A stretch of DNA of 64,000 nucleotides from Sminthopsis crassicaudata (Eukaryota). Below the pieces are notes generated by a model, which was not told where the DNA came from, did not search any database, and saw only the letters and a program-made list of their open reading frames with translations. Position 1 is the stretch's first letter; each line of letters opens with the position of its first letter. Made by a program: the position numbers and the translations under genes. Positions 1 through 12,698 of this stretch are shown here, in pieces. Where the stretch lies: assembly GCF_048593235.1 (NCBI RefSeq), contig NC_133618.1, positions 292,789,882 to 292,853,881 of the forward strand. Direction: 5' to 3'.

Positions 1-104
1 CAATAAAGACTTTAGACTCTATTCCTGACCATCTTCCTGGTGACTCTCCTGCTGAGACCAAGACCTGTCCAGAGGACCTCCAGAAAGCTAGCCTGGGCAT
101 TACA
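1..104 (+). mobile_element. 3' end (R/U5) of an LTR, cut by the window edge
   Basis: AATAAA at 2-7 followed by U5-like sequence ending ...GGGCATTACA; resembles the 3' end of the LTR-like element at 53929-54342. Confidence 0.6.
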
Positions 105-184
105 ACCTCTCCTTCATAAAAACTCTTTCTCATATAAGTTGTTAAGCAAAATAATGATGATGATGATGGTAAATAATAACTAGT

Positions 185-365
185 ATTTATTTAGTGTTTA
201 AAAGTTTGCAAAGCACTTTATGCATATTTTCTTATTTGATCTTTACAGCAATCCTGCTAGGTAGATGCTGTTATTTTCCCTATTTTATAGATGAGGAAAC
301 AGATAACAATTAAATGACTTTCCCAAATTCACAGAGCTACTAAGTTTCTGAGGCAGGATTTGATC
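185..365 (-). mobile_element. MIR/CORE-SINE fragment
   Basis: ttttatagatgaggaaac...aaatgactttccc...tcacagagct is the reverse complement of the MIR core. Confidence 0.65.
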
Positions 366-700
366 TCTTGTCTGTTGTGCTACATATTTGTTTGTAAGTA
401 TGGTTTGTCTGGGAATGTATGTCTTATTCTCTGCCTACAGCCCATCACCTTTTCATTAGTAAGTATGAAGCATTAGTTTTCTGGAGTTTTGATTAGTTAT
501 TGCTTATATCAGTTCTTAAGTTTTTAAAACTAATTTTTATTTACAGAACTATGGTCTCATACGTTGTTCTCCTGTTTCTTCTCACTTTACCTTATATCAG
601 TTCAAGATTTCTTTGAATTTGTCCTTTTTGTCCTTTCTTAGAGCATAATAATACTATTATTACATTTGAATACCATTATTTAATTAGCTGCTCTCTAATT

Positions 701-977
701 CAAAGCTTCTTAAACTGTGGATTTGGGGTTGCATAACTGAATGTGTGTATGAAGGGTCATGAAAAATTGGCAATAGTAAAAAGTTGCTTATTCAAAATCA
801 AATGTATTGGCTCACCCTTCTTGCATTGTGTGACTTCTTTGCAGCCTTGGTTCTGAACATACAACATGCAGACTTAGCATTATGCCAGAAACACCTTTGT
901 TCAGATTGAAGATGGAGTTGTATAAAATTTTCTCAGGCCAAGAGGGGTCACAAGGGGAAGAAGTTTGAGAAGCTCTG
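701..977. mobile_element. hAT-superfamily MITE
   Basis: TIRs CAAAGCTTCTTAAACT and (revcomp) CAGAGCTTCTCAAACT; 8-bp TSD CTCTAATT (693-700) / CTCTATTT (978-985). Confidence 0.85.
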
Positions 978-1429
978 CTCTATTTCATGGTTTCTTTCTT
1001 TGTTTCCATTTTTTTCTTACCATAAAAATATTTTTGCACAGATGGATTGTTTCTCTTTGAGTTTGATCCCTTTAGGGTTATATGGCTAGTAGTGGTTAAA
1101 AAGTAAAAGCAGTTTAGAAACATGTAAGGTATAGTCCATATTGCTTTCCAGAATTGTTTCCAGCTCTCCTAGCATTGCATTAATGCCCCACTCCTCCCAG
1201 TCTCTCTGCCAAATTAATTTCCCTTTTTTAGGTCATTTGTGTCAATTTTATCTGATGGACGTCTAGTGAAACTTCAGTATTGTTTTAATTTTCGTTTCTC
1301 TTACTATTATTGAATTGGAGTGTTTTTTTCATTGGCTGTTGATAATTTGGTTCCCTTCCCTTGAGAGCTGTCTATTCATATTCTTTGACCATTTGTTTAG
1401 TAGGTAATTGCTCTTTTTTTTTATCTGAG

Positions 1430-2640
1430 ATCAGAATTGCTACCCTTGCCTTTTTTGCTTCAGCTAAAGCCTAATGGTCATCACATTGATTGAGGGTGTA
1501 GTTGTGAATGGACTCTTATATGATGTTATCAAAACAACTTTTCTTTGAGATTATAGTTCTGGAGTTTTGCAGCAATGTTCCTTGGGGTTTTCCTTATGGC
1601 ATCTCTCTCCAGCGGTGATTGATGTTTTCTTTCAATGATTTATTTCCCCCTCCATTTCTAGAATATCAGGCAGTTTTCCTTGATGATTCTTAAAGAGTGC
1701 TATCTAGGCTTTTTTTTTTTTTTTTTTTTTTTTTTTTGATCATGGTCTTCAGGTAGAACAATAATTTTTAAATTGTCTTTTCTGGATCTATTTTCCAAGT
1801 TGGCTGTTTTTCCAGTGAGGTATTTTACATTTTCTTCCATTTTTTTTCATTCTTTTTAGTTTGTTTGACTCATTCTTGAGGTCTTATAGAGTCATTAGCT
1901 TCCATTTATCCCATTCTAGTTTTTAATATGTGATTTTCTTAAGTTAGTTTTTGTAGCTCTTTTTCCATTTAATTCTACTTTTCAGGGTATTGTTTTCCTC
2001 AGTGGATTTTTTTTGTATTTGGCCTATTTTTTTTTTTTTTTTTAAGGAATTGCCTTCTTTTTCCAAGCTGTTGACTCTCTCTTGCATACCTCTCATTTCA
2101 TTTCTCATTTTTTCTTCTACCTATCCTATTTGCCTTTTTGAAGTCTTGGGCTTGAGACCAATTCATATCACTCTTTGAAATTTCTTCTGTGGCCATTCTG
2201 TCCTGAGTTTGTTTTAGTCTTCCCTATCACCATGGTAGTTTTTTTTTTTTTGGTCTAGGTTCTTTTCTGTTTCCTGTTCATTTTCTTTTCTTTTGGTATT
2301 TCCTCTCATTTTCACTTTTATGGTTGAGCACTGGCGAATTTCCTGTGCAGCTCTGAGCCTCAGGTTTGAGTACAAAGGCCCCAGGTGTTTGATGTTTTAC
2401 TCGTAGCAGGGTATAGCTCTTTCCAGGAAACAGCCTGTTTTCCCAGACTGCCTTCTAAGCTAGGACTGGAGGCTACCCTGGTTAACTCTGCTACTGAGCC
2501 AGGGCCAAGGGTCTTAGGTGCTGATCTACTGTTATTAAGAGCCTCTCACTGGCTTTCCCAGACTCCATCTGAGCTGAGGTGAGTCTCACCCCAGTGATGC
2601 TGACAATGGCCCTTTTAAAACATATTTTTATTAATTCTCT
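1430..2640 (-). mobile_element. Decayed L1, ORF1/5' region
   Basis: T-rich plus strand matching the antisense of marsupial L1 ORF1 (tctagaatatcaggcagttttccttgatgatt...ggatctattttcc); no long ORF; boundaries approximate. Confidence 0.6.
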
Positions 2641-2649
2641 ATACATTTT

Positions 2650-3830
2650 AGATATCATAGAAATTTGGTGCAAATATTTTCTCACAGTTATTATTTTTCC
2701 CTTCTAATTCTAACTATAGTGCTTTTGTTTTTGTAAAAAACTTTAGAATTTAGAAATTTAAAATTTTCCATTTTATTTCTTTTGTTAATCTCTGCTCCTC
2801 TTTTTGTAAGGAAAATTTCTTTTGTTAATCTCTGCTCCTTTTTTGGTAAGAACATTTCCTCTATCTATCACTAGAAGGTTTCTCTTGTTCTTCTCTCATT
2901 TAATTATGCTATGAACTTTTGTTTCTGGATTATAAATCTATTTGGAGCTTATCATTGTATATAGTATGAGAAATTGTTTTCAGCCTAATTTCTCGTAGAC
3001 TGTTATCCAACTTTTCTAGCAGTTTTTGACAAATAATAAATCCTTAACCTAATACTCAGTATTCTTAGGCTGATTAAACTCTGTATTACTATGTTTATTT
3101 GCTTCTCAATTTTTTTTATCAAACCCATTCCATTTGATCAACTTAAAATTTTTTTTAGCCAATATCAAAGTCTTTTGATGATTACTGCTTTGTAGTATAG
3201 TTTGATATCTGGATTGCTAGGCCTTTCCACTTTTTTCCTATCATATTTCTTTTGAGATTCTTGACTGCTTATTCTTTCAAATGAATTTTGTTATAATTTT
3301 TTTAGTAGTGTGATTAGTATAGTGCTGTATAAATTAATTTAGATAGTATTGCTTTTTATTAATTAGCATGGCCTTGCCATTAACAATTTATTCTTTTTCA
3401 ATTATTTGTTTCTGTAAAGGGTTTTGTAGTTGTGTTGTTATATAATTCCTATTTATATTTTATTATGTAGACTTCCAAATATTTTGTTCATTCTGTAGTC
3501 ATTTTGCATGGAATTTTTCTTTCTTTCTTTCTTTCTTTTTTAAAATCTCTTTTTGCTTGGTGTTATTGATAATTTTTTGTAAGTTTATTTTATATCTTAG
3601 TACTTTACTGAAATTATTGTTTTAATTTTTAGTTGATCTCTGAGGTTCTCTATGTTGACCCCTATATTATCTGAAGAATGATGATTTTGTTTCTGCTTTG
3701 CTTCTTGCTTTAATTTTCAAAATTATTACAATAATTAGTGTTTCTAGAATTAGATCAAATAATAGATGCTAATAGTAAGTATCTTTTTTTTTTTTTAAAT
3801 CCTTGATCTTTTTTTGGAGTAGCTACTCCA
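2650..3830 (-). mobile_element. Decayed L1 ORF2 fragment
   Basis: Antisense ORF2 hallmarks such as ctgctttgtagtatagtttgatatctgg and ttctagcagtttttgacaaata; heavily mutated. Confidence 0.65.
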
Positions 3831-4290
3831 TTATAGGTGAATGCTCTCCCTTGATTTACCATAATTTAAAAGGAAGTCTATTTACTTTTGTCCTTTTTAG
3901 TGCTAAGCCTGATCTCCTTAGAAGGATATTGGGGATGATTTTGGTCTCAGGCCTCCTGCATAACCCTTTGTATTTCATACTAGTATCCAGACAGTGAGTC
4001 TGGATTGTTGAATCCCAGTACTCTAAGTAATGCAGAGAATTGAGGAACTTTGTCTTCCTTTTCAGTGTCTTGTGGAAACTGGATCTACCCCTGCTTCTTT
4101 TTTGACAAGGCAGGGACTTGTTCCTGGATCTTACATTAGCTTGATATGCCTGGAGCTCTTTTCAGAGGTGATTTCAGGTCCATATAGGAGAATCCTCTCT
4201 GAATCCTCTCCTCTTTCATCAAGTTTCTGAATTTATTTGAGGTGATACTGGTTTCCCTGAATCATACTATTAGCCTTTGTCTTCATTGGA

Positions 4291-4325
<35 letters not shown>

Positions 4326-4669
4326 AGTTATGGATTGGATCAATTATCTTATTTTTTGGTGTTTTCTGAGTTATCATTGGTCTTTCTGGGACTTTTCATC
4401 TTTTTGGTTTTTTGTAGAAGAGCTAGACTTCTTATCATCTTTAATGTTGCCATCTTATATGAAAGCCTTAAAATGTTTTCTTAAGAGCTTTTGTTTTTGA
4501 TATCATAGTATTTTTTCAACATTTTCTCCCTCCACATTATTGAACCCATCCTTACTATGTCAAAAAACTGTTGAGAAAATCTGAGTGACAAATTGATAGC
4601 ATAGACTTCATTCCATTTACATAGGCTTCTACTTCTCAGGAGGAGAAAGATTGGTTGCATTGTCTTAAA

Positions 4670-5220
4670 AATTTTTTTTGTTTTCTTTTTTTTCTCTTTT
4701 TAATTTTTTAAAACATGTTATATATTTTAAATCCAATATATATGTATACATATATATATATACATGTACATATTTTTACAATAATCTTGCTGTACAAGAA
4801 AAGTCCGATCAAAAAGGGAAAAAAAATGAGAAAGAAAACAAAATGCAAGTAAACAATAACAAAAAGAGTGAGAATGTTATGTTGTGGTCCACACTCAATT
4901 CCCACAATCCTCTCTCTGGGTGTAGATGGCTCTCTCCATCATAAGACCATTAGAACTGGCCTGAATCATCTCATTGAAGAGAGCCATAATTGATCATCGT
5001 ATAATCTTGCTATTACCATATATAATGATCTTCTGTTTCTGCTCATTTCACTTAGTATCAATTCATGTAAGTCTTTCCAGGCTTCTCTGAAATCATCCTT
5101 CTGGTCATTTCTTAGAGAACAACAATATTCCATAATATTCATATACTATAACTTATTCAGTCATTTTCCAACTGATTGGCATCCACTCAGTTTCCAGTGT
5201 CTTGCCATTACAAAAAGGGT
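4670..5220 (-). mobile_element. L1 3' end (3' UTR plus ORF2 tail)
   Basis: T-rich tail, then ctgtacaagaaaagtccgatc and atttcacttagtatcaattcatgtaagtctttccagg, shared with other L1 3' ends in the window. Confidence 0.8.
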
Positions 5221-5554
5221 GGTTACATTATCTTTTCACAAGGATCAGTATAGGTCATTGTGGTCATTTCTTTTGCATTGAAAATTTCTTAGACTAGCTC
5301 TCAGACTAGAGACAAACAACTTGCTATTACTAGGCCAATTTTTGAATTCTTTCCAGTTTAGTAGGACTATTATAGGTAGGACCATTGGCAAAGCTTTGGA
5401 GGACTCAGAGCCATCATCTTTGAGATAATTGTGATAAAAGCCATAGCTTATCTTTCAGGTTTACAAAGTACTTTTCTCTAAATAATACTTTAAGGTAGAG
5501 ATATATTATTGTGGTTTAAAAAAAATTTACAAAGGAAAACACAAAAGTACTGGT

Positions 5555-5725
5555 TGTACAGATTTGGAGTTAAAACTGCTTTCTTATTAATTTTGTGACT
5601 ATGGACAAGTCACTTAATTAGCCCACACTTCAGTTTCCTAATCCGTAAAATGGGAGTGGTTACTACTTCTATGACTTCCTCATAGGGTTGTTGTAAGAAA
5701 CCTTATGTAAACTTGAGAAACATTA
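5555..5725 (+). mobile_element. MIR fragment
   Basis: tgtgactatggacaagtcacttaa...cttcagtttcctaatccgtaaaatggga MIR core. Confidence 0.7.
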
Positions 5726-6438
5726 TATGAATATTCACTACTATTTAGGCAGGCCAGGACTAGGAAAGTTGGGACCTGTACTGTCATTTAGTATGGGTAG
5801 ATCTTCCTGTGGGAAGCTCCCTCCATTAATGAACTTCAACTTAAAGTCTTGGGGAGTCTCTTATGACAGAAAAGACCAATGTCAGTGTCAGAATCAGAAC
5901 TTGTGCCCACCTCTTTCTTGCCTCCAAGGTCAGTTTCCTCTCTACTATACTATGTTGCTTCTCACCATTAGTGCCTTTTTTATAAATGATGATGTTGAGA
6001 GTTGCTGGGGGTCCTGAGAGGAGGAAGGGTGTGTTAAAGGCAGCATTTCAATGCAAGTACTAGTGAATCTAAGGCCAGCTCTGTATCTTCTTTGTCATCT
6101 TGCCTGTCATACTTTCCTTTTCTTACCTCTTCTTTGCTCATTGACATATCTGTATAACATATTGTACAGTATAAACATAACCAATTATTGTAACTACTAC
6201 AACAATCTTTACTAAAGGACAGAAATTTTTATCCAATAGCTTCTTTTTCAACCTTAGGTCCGGGCCTCATTATAAGATATCATCTGTGAGAATTCATCCA
6301 TTAGTCATGAAACATGAAGTAGTACTGAGTGGAGACATTTTTTTCTCTTAGGCATCTCTTTCATCAATCTTCCAGTTTTCCAGTGTGCATCATGAAACCA
6401 GTTCTCTGACCCTGATTACCTTTCATTTTGTTTTTTAG

Positions 6439-6593
6439 ATGATATGGCTGAGCTGCTCCTTGGGGAATCCAAACTAGAACAGTTCCTGAAAGAAAATCCG
6501 TTTAAACAGGGAGCCAGTCCTCGAGGTCCCAGGCCAAAACTGACAGAGGTTCGGAAACACCTGACTGCTGCACTAGACCGAGGGAACCTCAAG
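6439..6593 (+). CDS. TTC7B: TTC7B coding exon 2 (155 nt)
   Basis: ttttttag|AT GAT ATG...CTC AAG|gtattt; translates (D)DMAELLLGESKLEQFLKENPFKQGASPRGPRPKLTEVRKHLTAALDRGNLK, matching the TTC7B N-terminus; missed by the ORF track. Confidence 0.96.
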
Positions 6594-7900
6594 GTATTTT
6601 GGGAACTCTGAAGGAAGATAGAAAAATATGGGAGGAGACAGATCACTGGGACTAAGAGCTCTACAGAGTATGGGATTTCTAAGAGTTCTAATTCTAGTGC
6701 TTCAAGAAAATGAGAGGAGGAAAGGGAAACATCTAAAATGATTTTTTAAATATGTAGCCTAGCTACATATAGTTAAATGGCTATTTAATATGATTTTCTC
6801 CCTAGAAACAGAATTCTGTTTCCTCAATTTATAGGAGCCATCGATTCCATTGTGTTAGCTTTATAACTTACTATTCACTATATGAGTAGTGTGAGCTGAT
6901 TAGACTCCCTCAGAGTGGCTTACCTTGATTCTTAGCTTATTCAAATAGCTAGACAATATAAGTGACCCCTAGACCACTTCTTTCATTTTACAGGTGAGAA
7001 AGCTGAAGCTCAGATTGCTGAAATGATTCAGCCATGGCTGTAGAAGTACGATGTGAGAGCAGAGTTATTTTTCAAATCTCTTTACATTAGATTCTTTGAA
7101 GCTATATTATCTTGCAAAACCATGCTATTCTTTCCTGCTTGCTTGAAATAAAACTGAAAATATATCCCAGAGTTCAAGTTAAGACTTTGCTCATTTGTTA
7201 AAGAGGGAAGTTGATTGCACTGAAAGAACAATTTTCTGTCTTAGAGAATGTGACATACAAGCTGCATGGGAGTATTTGCACTATTAAATAATGGTGTCTG
7301 GTAGTCCAAATAGAGGACAGGCAGAGAATAAAATTCTGTTTATGTCAATGTTGACCGGATAGGCCTCTCTTCTGGGGTTGACATTTTCTTCCTTTTTCTT
7401 ATCTTCTTATTTCTCCTTCCCTCCCTCTTAAGATGCTTGCTTTTGTGGCCTCTGTGTCTATTCCTTGTGGAACCCTACATCTTTTCTTTTTCCTTTTCAC
7501 ATGATGAATTCTTCCCTCTCTATATTCTTTTTGCTTTTGCTCTGAAGTTAAATTTTATCTGTTGCTCCACTGAGAGAAAAGTGGACAGAATGGAATCAGA
7601 AAGGCCTGGATTTGAAGCTTGCCTCTTTACTCTTGCTAGCAATGGAACCACAGGTAGATCATTTAACTTTTTGTAACTTCTGTTTAACGCTTGTCTTCAG
7701 AATGAAGAAACTTTCTAATGCCAACCTCAAATGAGAGAATATATATGAAATTCATTGCAGAATCTTAATGGTTATAGAAATATGTGCTACTATTCTTCTT
7801 CCTGTGGTAGACTGTATCCTGGGACCTTCCCACTTTCCCCCTAATCTTGTCTTGGTGGTTTTTACATAAATTTTCCCTTTCTCCATCTTTCCCCCCTTCC

Positions 7901-8027
7901 AGGTAATTGGGGTTAAGTGACTTACCCAGGGTCACACAGCTAGTAAGTGTTAGGTGTCTGAGGTCAGATTTGACCATACGTCCTCCTGACTTCAGGGCTC
8001 CATCCCCTGTGCCATCTAGCTGTCCCC
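7901..8027 (-). mobile_element. Marsupial tRNA-derived SINE (WSINE1-like)
   Basis: Revcomp ggggacagctagatggcac...tcagacacctaacacttactagctgtgtgaccctgggtaagtcacttaacccc. Confidence 0.85.
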
Positions 8028-10100
8028 ATTCTCTGTTTCTCTCTTTTTCAATGTTGGAAGCATGCTCATATCTGCTTTTAACTTAGCTTTGTGATGTTGA
8101 ACATATAACCTTAACTCTGTTGCCTTTAATTTCTCAGTTGTAAATGGATAGTTTGAACCAGATGATCTCTAAAATAACTTCTACTCTCACATTGTATGAG
8201 ATTCTAAATCTTTCCACTAAGTTCTTTTACTCTTCATCATTTTCTAATTCTTTTTATTTTCATTCTTGGAAAACTCTCTTGTTTGTAGCATAATTATAAC
8301 GAGGAATCAATCCCATAGTATTCCCTACATTTCAGTCTGTTACATAGGATAGACTTATCAAATGCCTGACTACCATCTTCAAAATATGGAGTAATTGTCA
8401 CAGATATGCTGAGGCAGAGTGGATGGCCTAGTATAAATACATTTTAAATCTTGGAAGCTCACCTCAAGTCATATTACCTTTAGGACATTATTTTATCTTG
8501 TTTACTAGAGGCTTTGTAGAAACCTCCTTCCTTCTTCTACTTCCCCAATAAATTATAAATGCCTTGAGGGAAAGATTGTTAATTTTTTTCTTTATATCTC
8601 CTCATCTGAATATAGTACCTTGTATGTGATAGGTCCTCAATAAATTTTTTTCTTAACTTTTATTGATGCTTGTTATTTTTTATATCACAGATATTTTCCA
8701 ATAATTCCATTCCTGTACTCTATAATATGTCACAAAGAAAAGCAGTTAAGCAAAGCCGGTTAACATAGGTAGCACTTTTGAGGGTAATTAGTATAGTCAA
8801 CATGAGATATCCATTGTACCCTATTTTCCTACTAAGATGGGGATATGTTTTATCAACTATTCTTCTGAGCCAGCTATCATTGCCTTCAGTCTTAGTTTAG
8901 TTCACATTATTATAATCATTGTCAACTTTCCAAGACCTTAAGTTATAAACCATTTGCTCATCTGCATTCATGGAAGCAATTTCTAGACTGGGAATTCCCT
9001 TAATCCATGGCCCATGCAACAAAAAAATCATTGTTTATATTATTCTCTTGGTTCTTTCTTCAGTTTTCATCACTTACATCTTTGCATATTTCTCAGGATT
9101 CCTCATATTCTTTGTTTCTCATGGTACAATAATATTTCATTACATTCATATTCTGTATTTTACTCAGCATTCCTTTACTGATGGAAATTCTTGAGAAATT
9201 GGAAAAATTTTTTTCAATTTAACTTAAATTTTGAATTCTGGCCTTTATTGCTTCTCCTTTCAAACTTTTTTCCCCACTAGTTCTGTTTCTGAACTTTATT
9301 CAGAGCACACAGAGATAATGAAATCTAGCTATGCTTTCTCAAATGCCTACAGTCACATTCTTACTCTCCGCTATATCTGAGGTTTATATTTTTCTTTCAA
9401 CAGTAATGGTTGTTTCCCACTTAATTTATAGTCACTTTTTATTTTATGGACTCTATAAGAGGCAGTATTATATACAGAGAAAACATTTGATTTGGAGTCA
9501 GAAGGATATATTTTGAAACCCAGAACTTGTTTTTAATTTTTTCCATGGCTCCTAGATACTCATTTTGTAGTCTATCAAAGAATATAGGTGATAGTTCAAG
9601 ACTTGGGACAATGGTTACACACATAGAGTTCAGTTTTCAGACCTTGATTAAAGTTTACAGATGCCTTTTTCTTCTTTTCTTTGAAGTGTTGGAGAATACT
9701 AGAAATGGTAAAGGAAGGGCAGCCTTAAATATAATATAGTTAGCAAAAAACCATCCTGAAAGTGGGTTAGGTTCTGATACAATTATAGAGTTAGAGATTA
9801 AAGAGACCTCAAAGGTTATCTAGTCCAAGTCTCTCCTTTGCAGATGAAGAAATTGATACTCATTGAATTAACCATCAAATCTTTACTGACTTCAGAGATT
9901 AAACAACTTTCCAGAGTCCCATAGATAGGTACTTGTTTGATAAAGGACTGACTATGCTTCTCCCTCTCAGACACTGTGATATGAAAAATGAATGAAAAGG
10001 GACTAGGAAGGAGTGGCACAATAAATTTCCTAGCTTTTTAGTCTACTGGCAGCTTAGTGCAATGAAAAGTATAGTCAGTAAGCATCCAGGAGCCCTGGGC

Positions 10101-10563
10101 TGTTGTGGGCCAGAACTTGAAAGAAGGTGGTAATGCTTATGTACTTAGTTCACACTTTTAAAGGAGTTCACACCTTTAGAGAGCATATATAAGGAGGAGT
10201 TCACAAGCCCACTAAAGGACAAGCCCACTCTTGGACTTCTGGGAGATTCACAAGTCAGAAGCCCACAAGCCCACACTCTCTTGGAGGTGGTCAGATTCAT
10301 TCTAACTTCCACCTTTGTGCTGGCTGGAGACATTCGGAGAGAGCTCTCGGAACCAAGGAGAAAAATAGGCCTCTAAGAAAGCTAACCGGGCCTCAGGAAA
10401 AGATTCAAGACTTTGAAGGAGAAAATAAAGGATCTGGACTTTAACTCCTGGCTGCATTTGAGGTGATTAATGAAACTGAACTGAACTGAAACAAAGGCTG
10501 CCTCCAGAAGCTCCCCGAGAAATCTGCTTCCAGAGATTATATTTTAGAGAAGAGAACACTACA
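10101..10563 (+). mobile_element. Solo LTR, class II ERV-like (463 bp)
   Basis: TG...CA ends; perfect 6-bp TSD CTGGGC (10095-10100, 10564-10569); TATATAA 10186-10192; AATAAA 10424-10429; shares aggacaagcccact and taactcctggctgcatttg with the LTRs at 24514 and 26754. Confidence 0.92.
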
Positions 10564-11009
10564 CTGGGCTGTTCTGAAACTAGTCTTCTGTGCTCTAAGT
10601 CTCGGGCCATAGTTATTGTGCTTTTGGCTTTGCCATTCGTAAGCAGAGTGACCTGGAGTGGTGATGTCCTTTCTGGGGATCATTTGTCTCATCTGTAAAA
10701 TTAGGAGAGCCCCTAGGAGTTTATCATATTTAATGTTCTTTGACTCTTCACTCTGTGATTTTTATCAACTTGATTTCCTTTAGGTATTCTCTGTTTTCTG
10801 TTAAGTTCTGGGTATATGGATTAGAGCTTATTTATTTCCATGACTGCTAGGCTCTGAGACTGGGTAGACGTCATAGGCTAACCGGAACAGGCACTATTCT
10901 TAGACCTAAAAGATTAACAGTGGTTTTAAGAATCTCGGCAAGCAGGACTATAAGCTGTTCCCTGAATGTCACATTTATCTATACTTCTTGGCCATCTTGG
11001 TGATCCAAG

Positions 11010-11210
11010 GGATAGAGTGCCAACTTAGGCAAATCCAGCCTCAGATACTAGCATTGTGATCCTGGATAAGTCACTTAACCCTGATTGCCTTAGTTTCTTC
11101 ATCTGTAAAATGAACTGGAGAAAGAAATGGCAAATCACTCCAGTATTTCTACCAAGAAAACCCCAAATGGAGTTATGAAGAGTTGGCAATAATGGAAACA
11201 ACTGAACAAA
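11010..11210 (+). mobile_element. CORE-SINE with RTE/Bov-B-like tail (Mar1/WALLSI-like)
   Basis: CORE segment then ggagaaagaaatggcaaatcactccagtatt...aagaaaaccccaaatgg...caactgaacaa. Confidence 0.8.
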
Positions 11211-11382
11211 TTTGTGCTTCTCAGAATCTTTTATTTTCTTTCAAGACTTTTCAAATGTTCATCTCCTCCATAAAACCTTCTGTGCTTTACCTCTTGCTAA
11301 AACAAACAAACAAACAAAAAAAAAAAACCCTTTTCCTTCTCAAATGGTATTTTATCTACTTATATTTATATATAAAGTATCC

Positions 11383-11830
11383 TTTCAGTCAGTCAACATT
11401 TATTGAGCACCTGCTATGTGCCAGGTACTGTACTAAATGTTGGGTATAGAAAAAGGCCAGAACAGAACTAGCTCTCAAGGAACTTATAATTTAATGCAAA
11501 CAAATACAGAGCAATCTGTGGACAGGAAAAGTGGGAAATAATTAGCAGAGAGAAGGCACTAGAATTAAGAGGGATTGAGAAAGGCTTCCTGTAAATGATA
11601 GGCTTTTAATTGGGACTTAAAGGAAGCCAGAAAGACAGGAGGTAGAGGTAAGGAGGGGAGCTTTCCAGTCATGGGAGACAGCCAGGGGAAAATGCCTAAA
11701 TTTTAGAGGGTTTTGTTGGTAGAATAGACAGGAGGCCTGTGTCAGTTGAAGAATATATACAGATGGGGAGTAAAATAGAAGGTTAGAAAGATAGGAGGGG
11801 GCTAAGTTGTCTTTTCTGTAGATTATAGGT
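11383..11830 (-). mobile_element. L2 3' end
   Basis: tcagtcagtcaacatttattgagcacctgctatgtgccagg is the antisense L2 terminus, followed by purine-rich L2 sequence. Confidence 0.8.
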
Positions 11831-12381
11831 TCTTTTCGAGTAGAAATCATCTTATTTTTTAGACTTTGTACTTTTAACACTTGGCACAGGATGCTTAATA
11901 AATGTTTGCTGAAATTCAGTTTAGTAATTTGATAAATGTTTAATAAAAGCCTATTGTATACAGAGCATTGTACTAAGTGCTGAAGGAAAAATTAGATTTT
12001 GACAAGAGATTGTCCTCAGGTTTCTAAGTTCTAGTTCTAATCTTTACTAGCTATTTGACACTAGGCAAGTTAAGCTCAGAGATTCAGTTCTTCTATCTAT
12101 AAAATGAGATGGCAATTATACTATCTATCTCATAGGGTTAGTAATAGAGCACTTGTTAATATGATGTATATGACAGTATTTGGCAATAAGTAGAATTATA
12201 AATTTACGTGTCATGTCCAAATACAATTCAGTTTCTTATATAGAAAGCATCTCTTCTTGTCCTAGTCTGAGGAGCTATTTATTACTGTTATTGCCTTTTC
12301 CCCCAACACGATGCTTTTAAGGATTATCATATTCAGATCTAGAAAAGACTTTAGAGATCATCTGGTTCAGTATTCTCATTT

Positions 12382-12698
12382 GTTAAAAAATAAATTTTTC
12401 TATTATCAAGATTTTCCGCTTTTTCACCTCCCCAACCTCTACTGGAAAAAAAATGCTAATAAAGCAGACAAATTCCCAGATTGCCATGTCTAAAAATAGT
12501 TGTTTCATTCTGTATATTTATTCCATCCTCCTTGTCAGGAGATTGGTATCATTTTTCATCATCTCTCATCTGAAATCATGGTTGATCAGAATTAAGTTTT
12601 TTTGTTCTTTTTTACAATATTATTGTGATAGTATAAATTGTTTTGCTTCTGCTCACTCTGGTCTGCATCACTTCATATAAGTCTTCCCAGATAGCTTC
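12382..12698 (-). mobile_element. Old L1 3' fragment nested in a MIR
   Basis: Splits a MIR (12330-12381 and 12699-12810); short repeat CTCATTT on both sides (12375-12381, 12699-12705). Confidence 0.6.

Noticed and set aside
2776-2858. ~43-bp tandem duplication
   Set aside because: Lies within decayed L1; ordinary slippage with no sign of function
1-6438. TTC7B promoter or exon 1
   Set aside because: No CpG island and no MATKKAGSRLETE-like coding sequence; exon 1 must lie upstream of the window, and exon 6 is not seen before 64000
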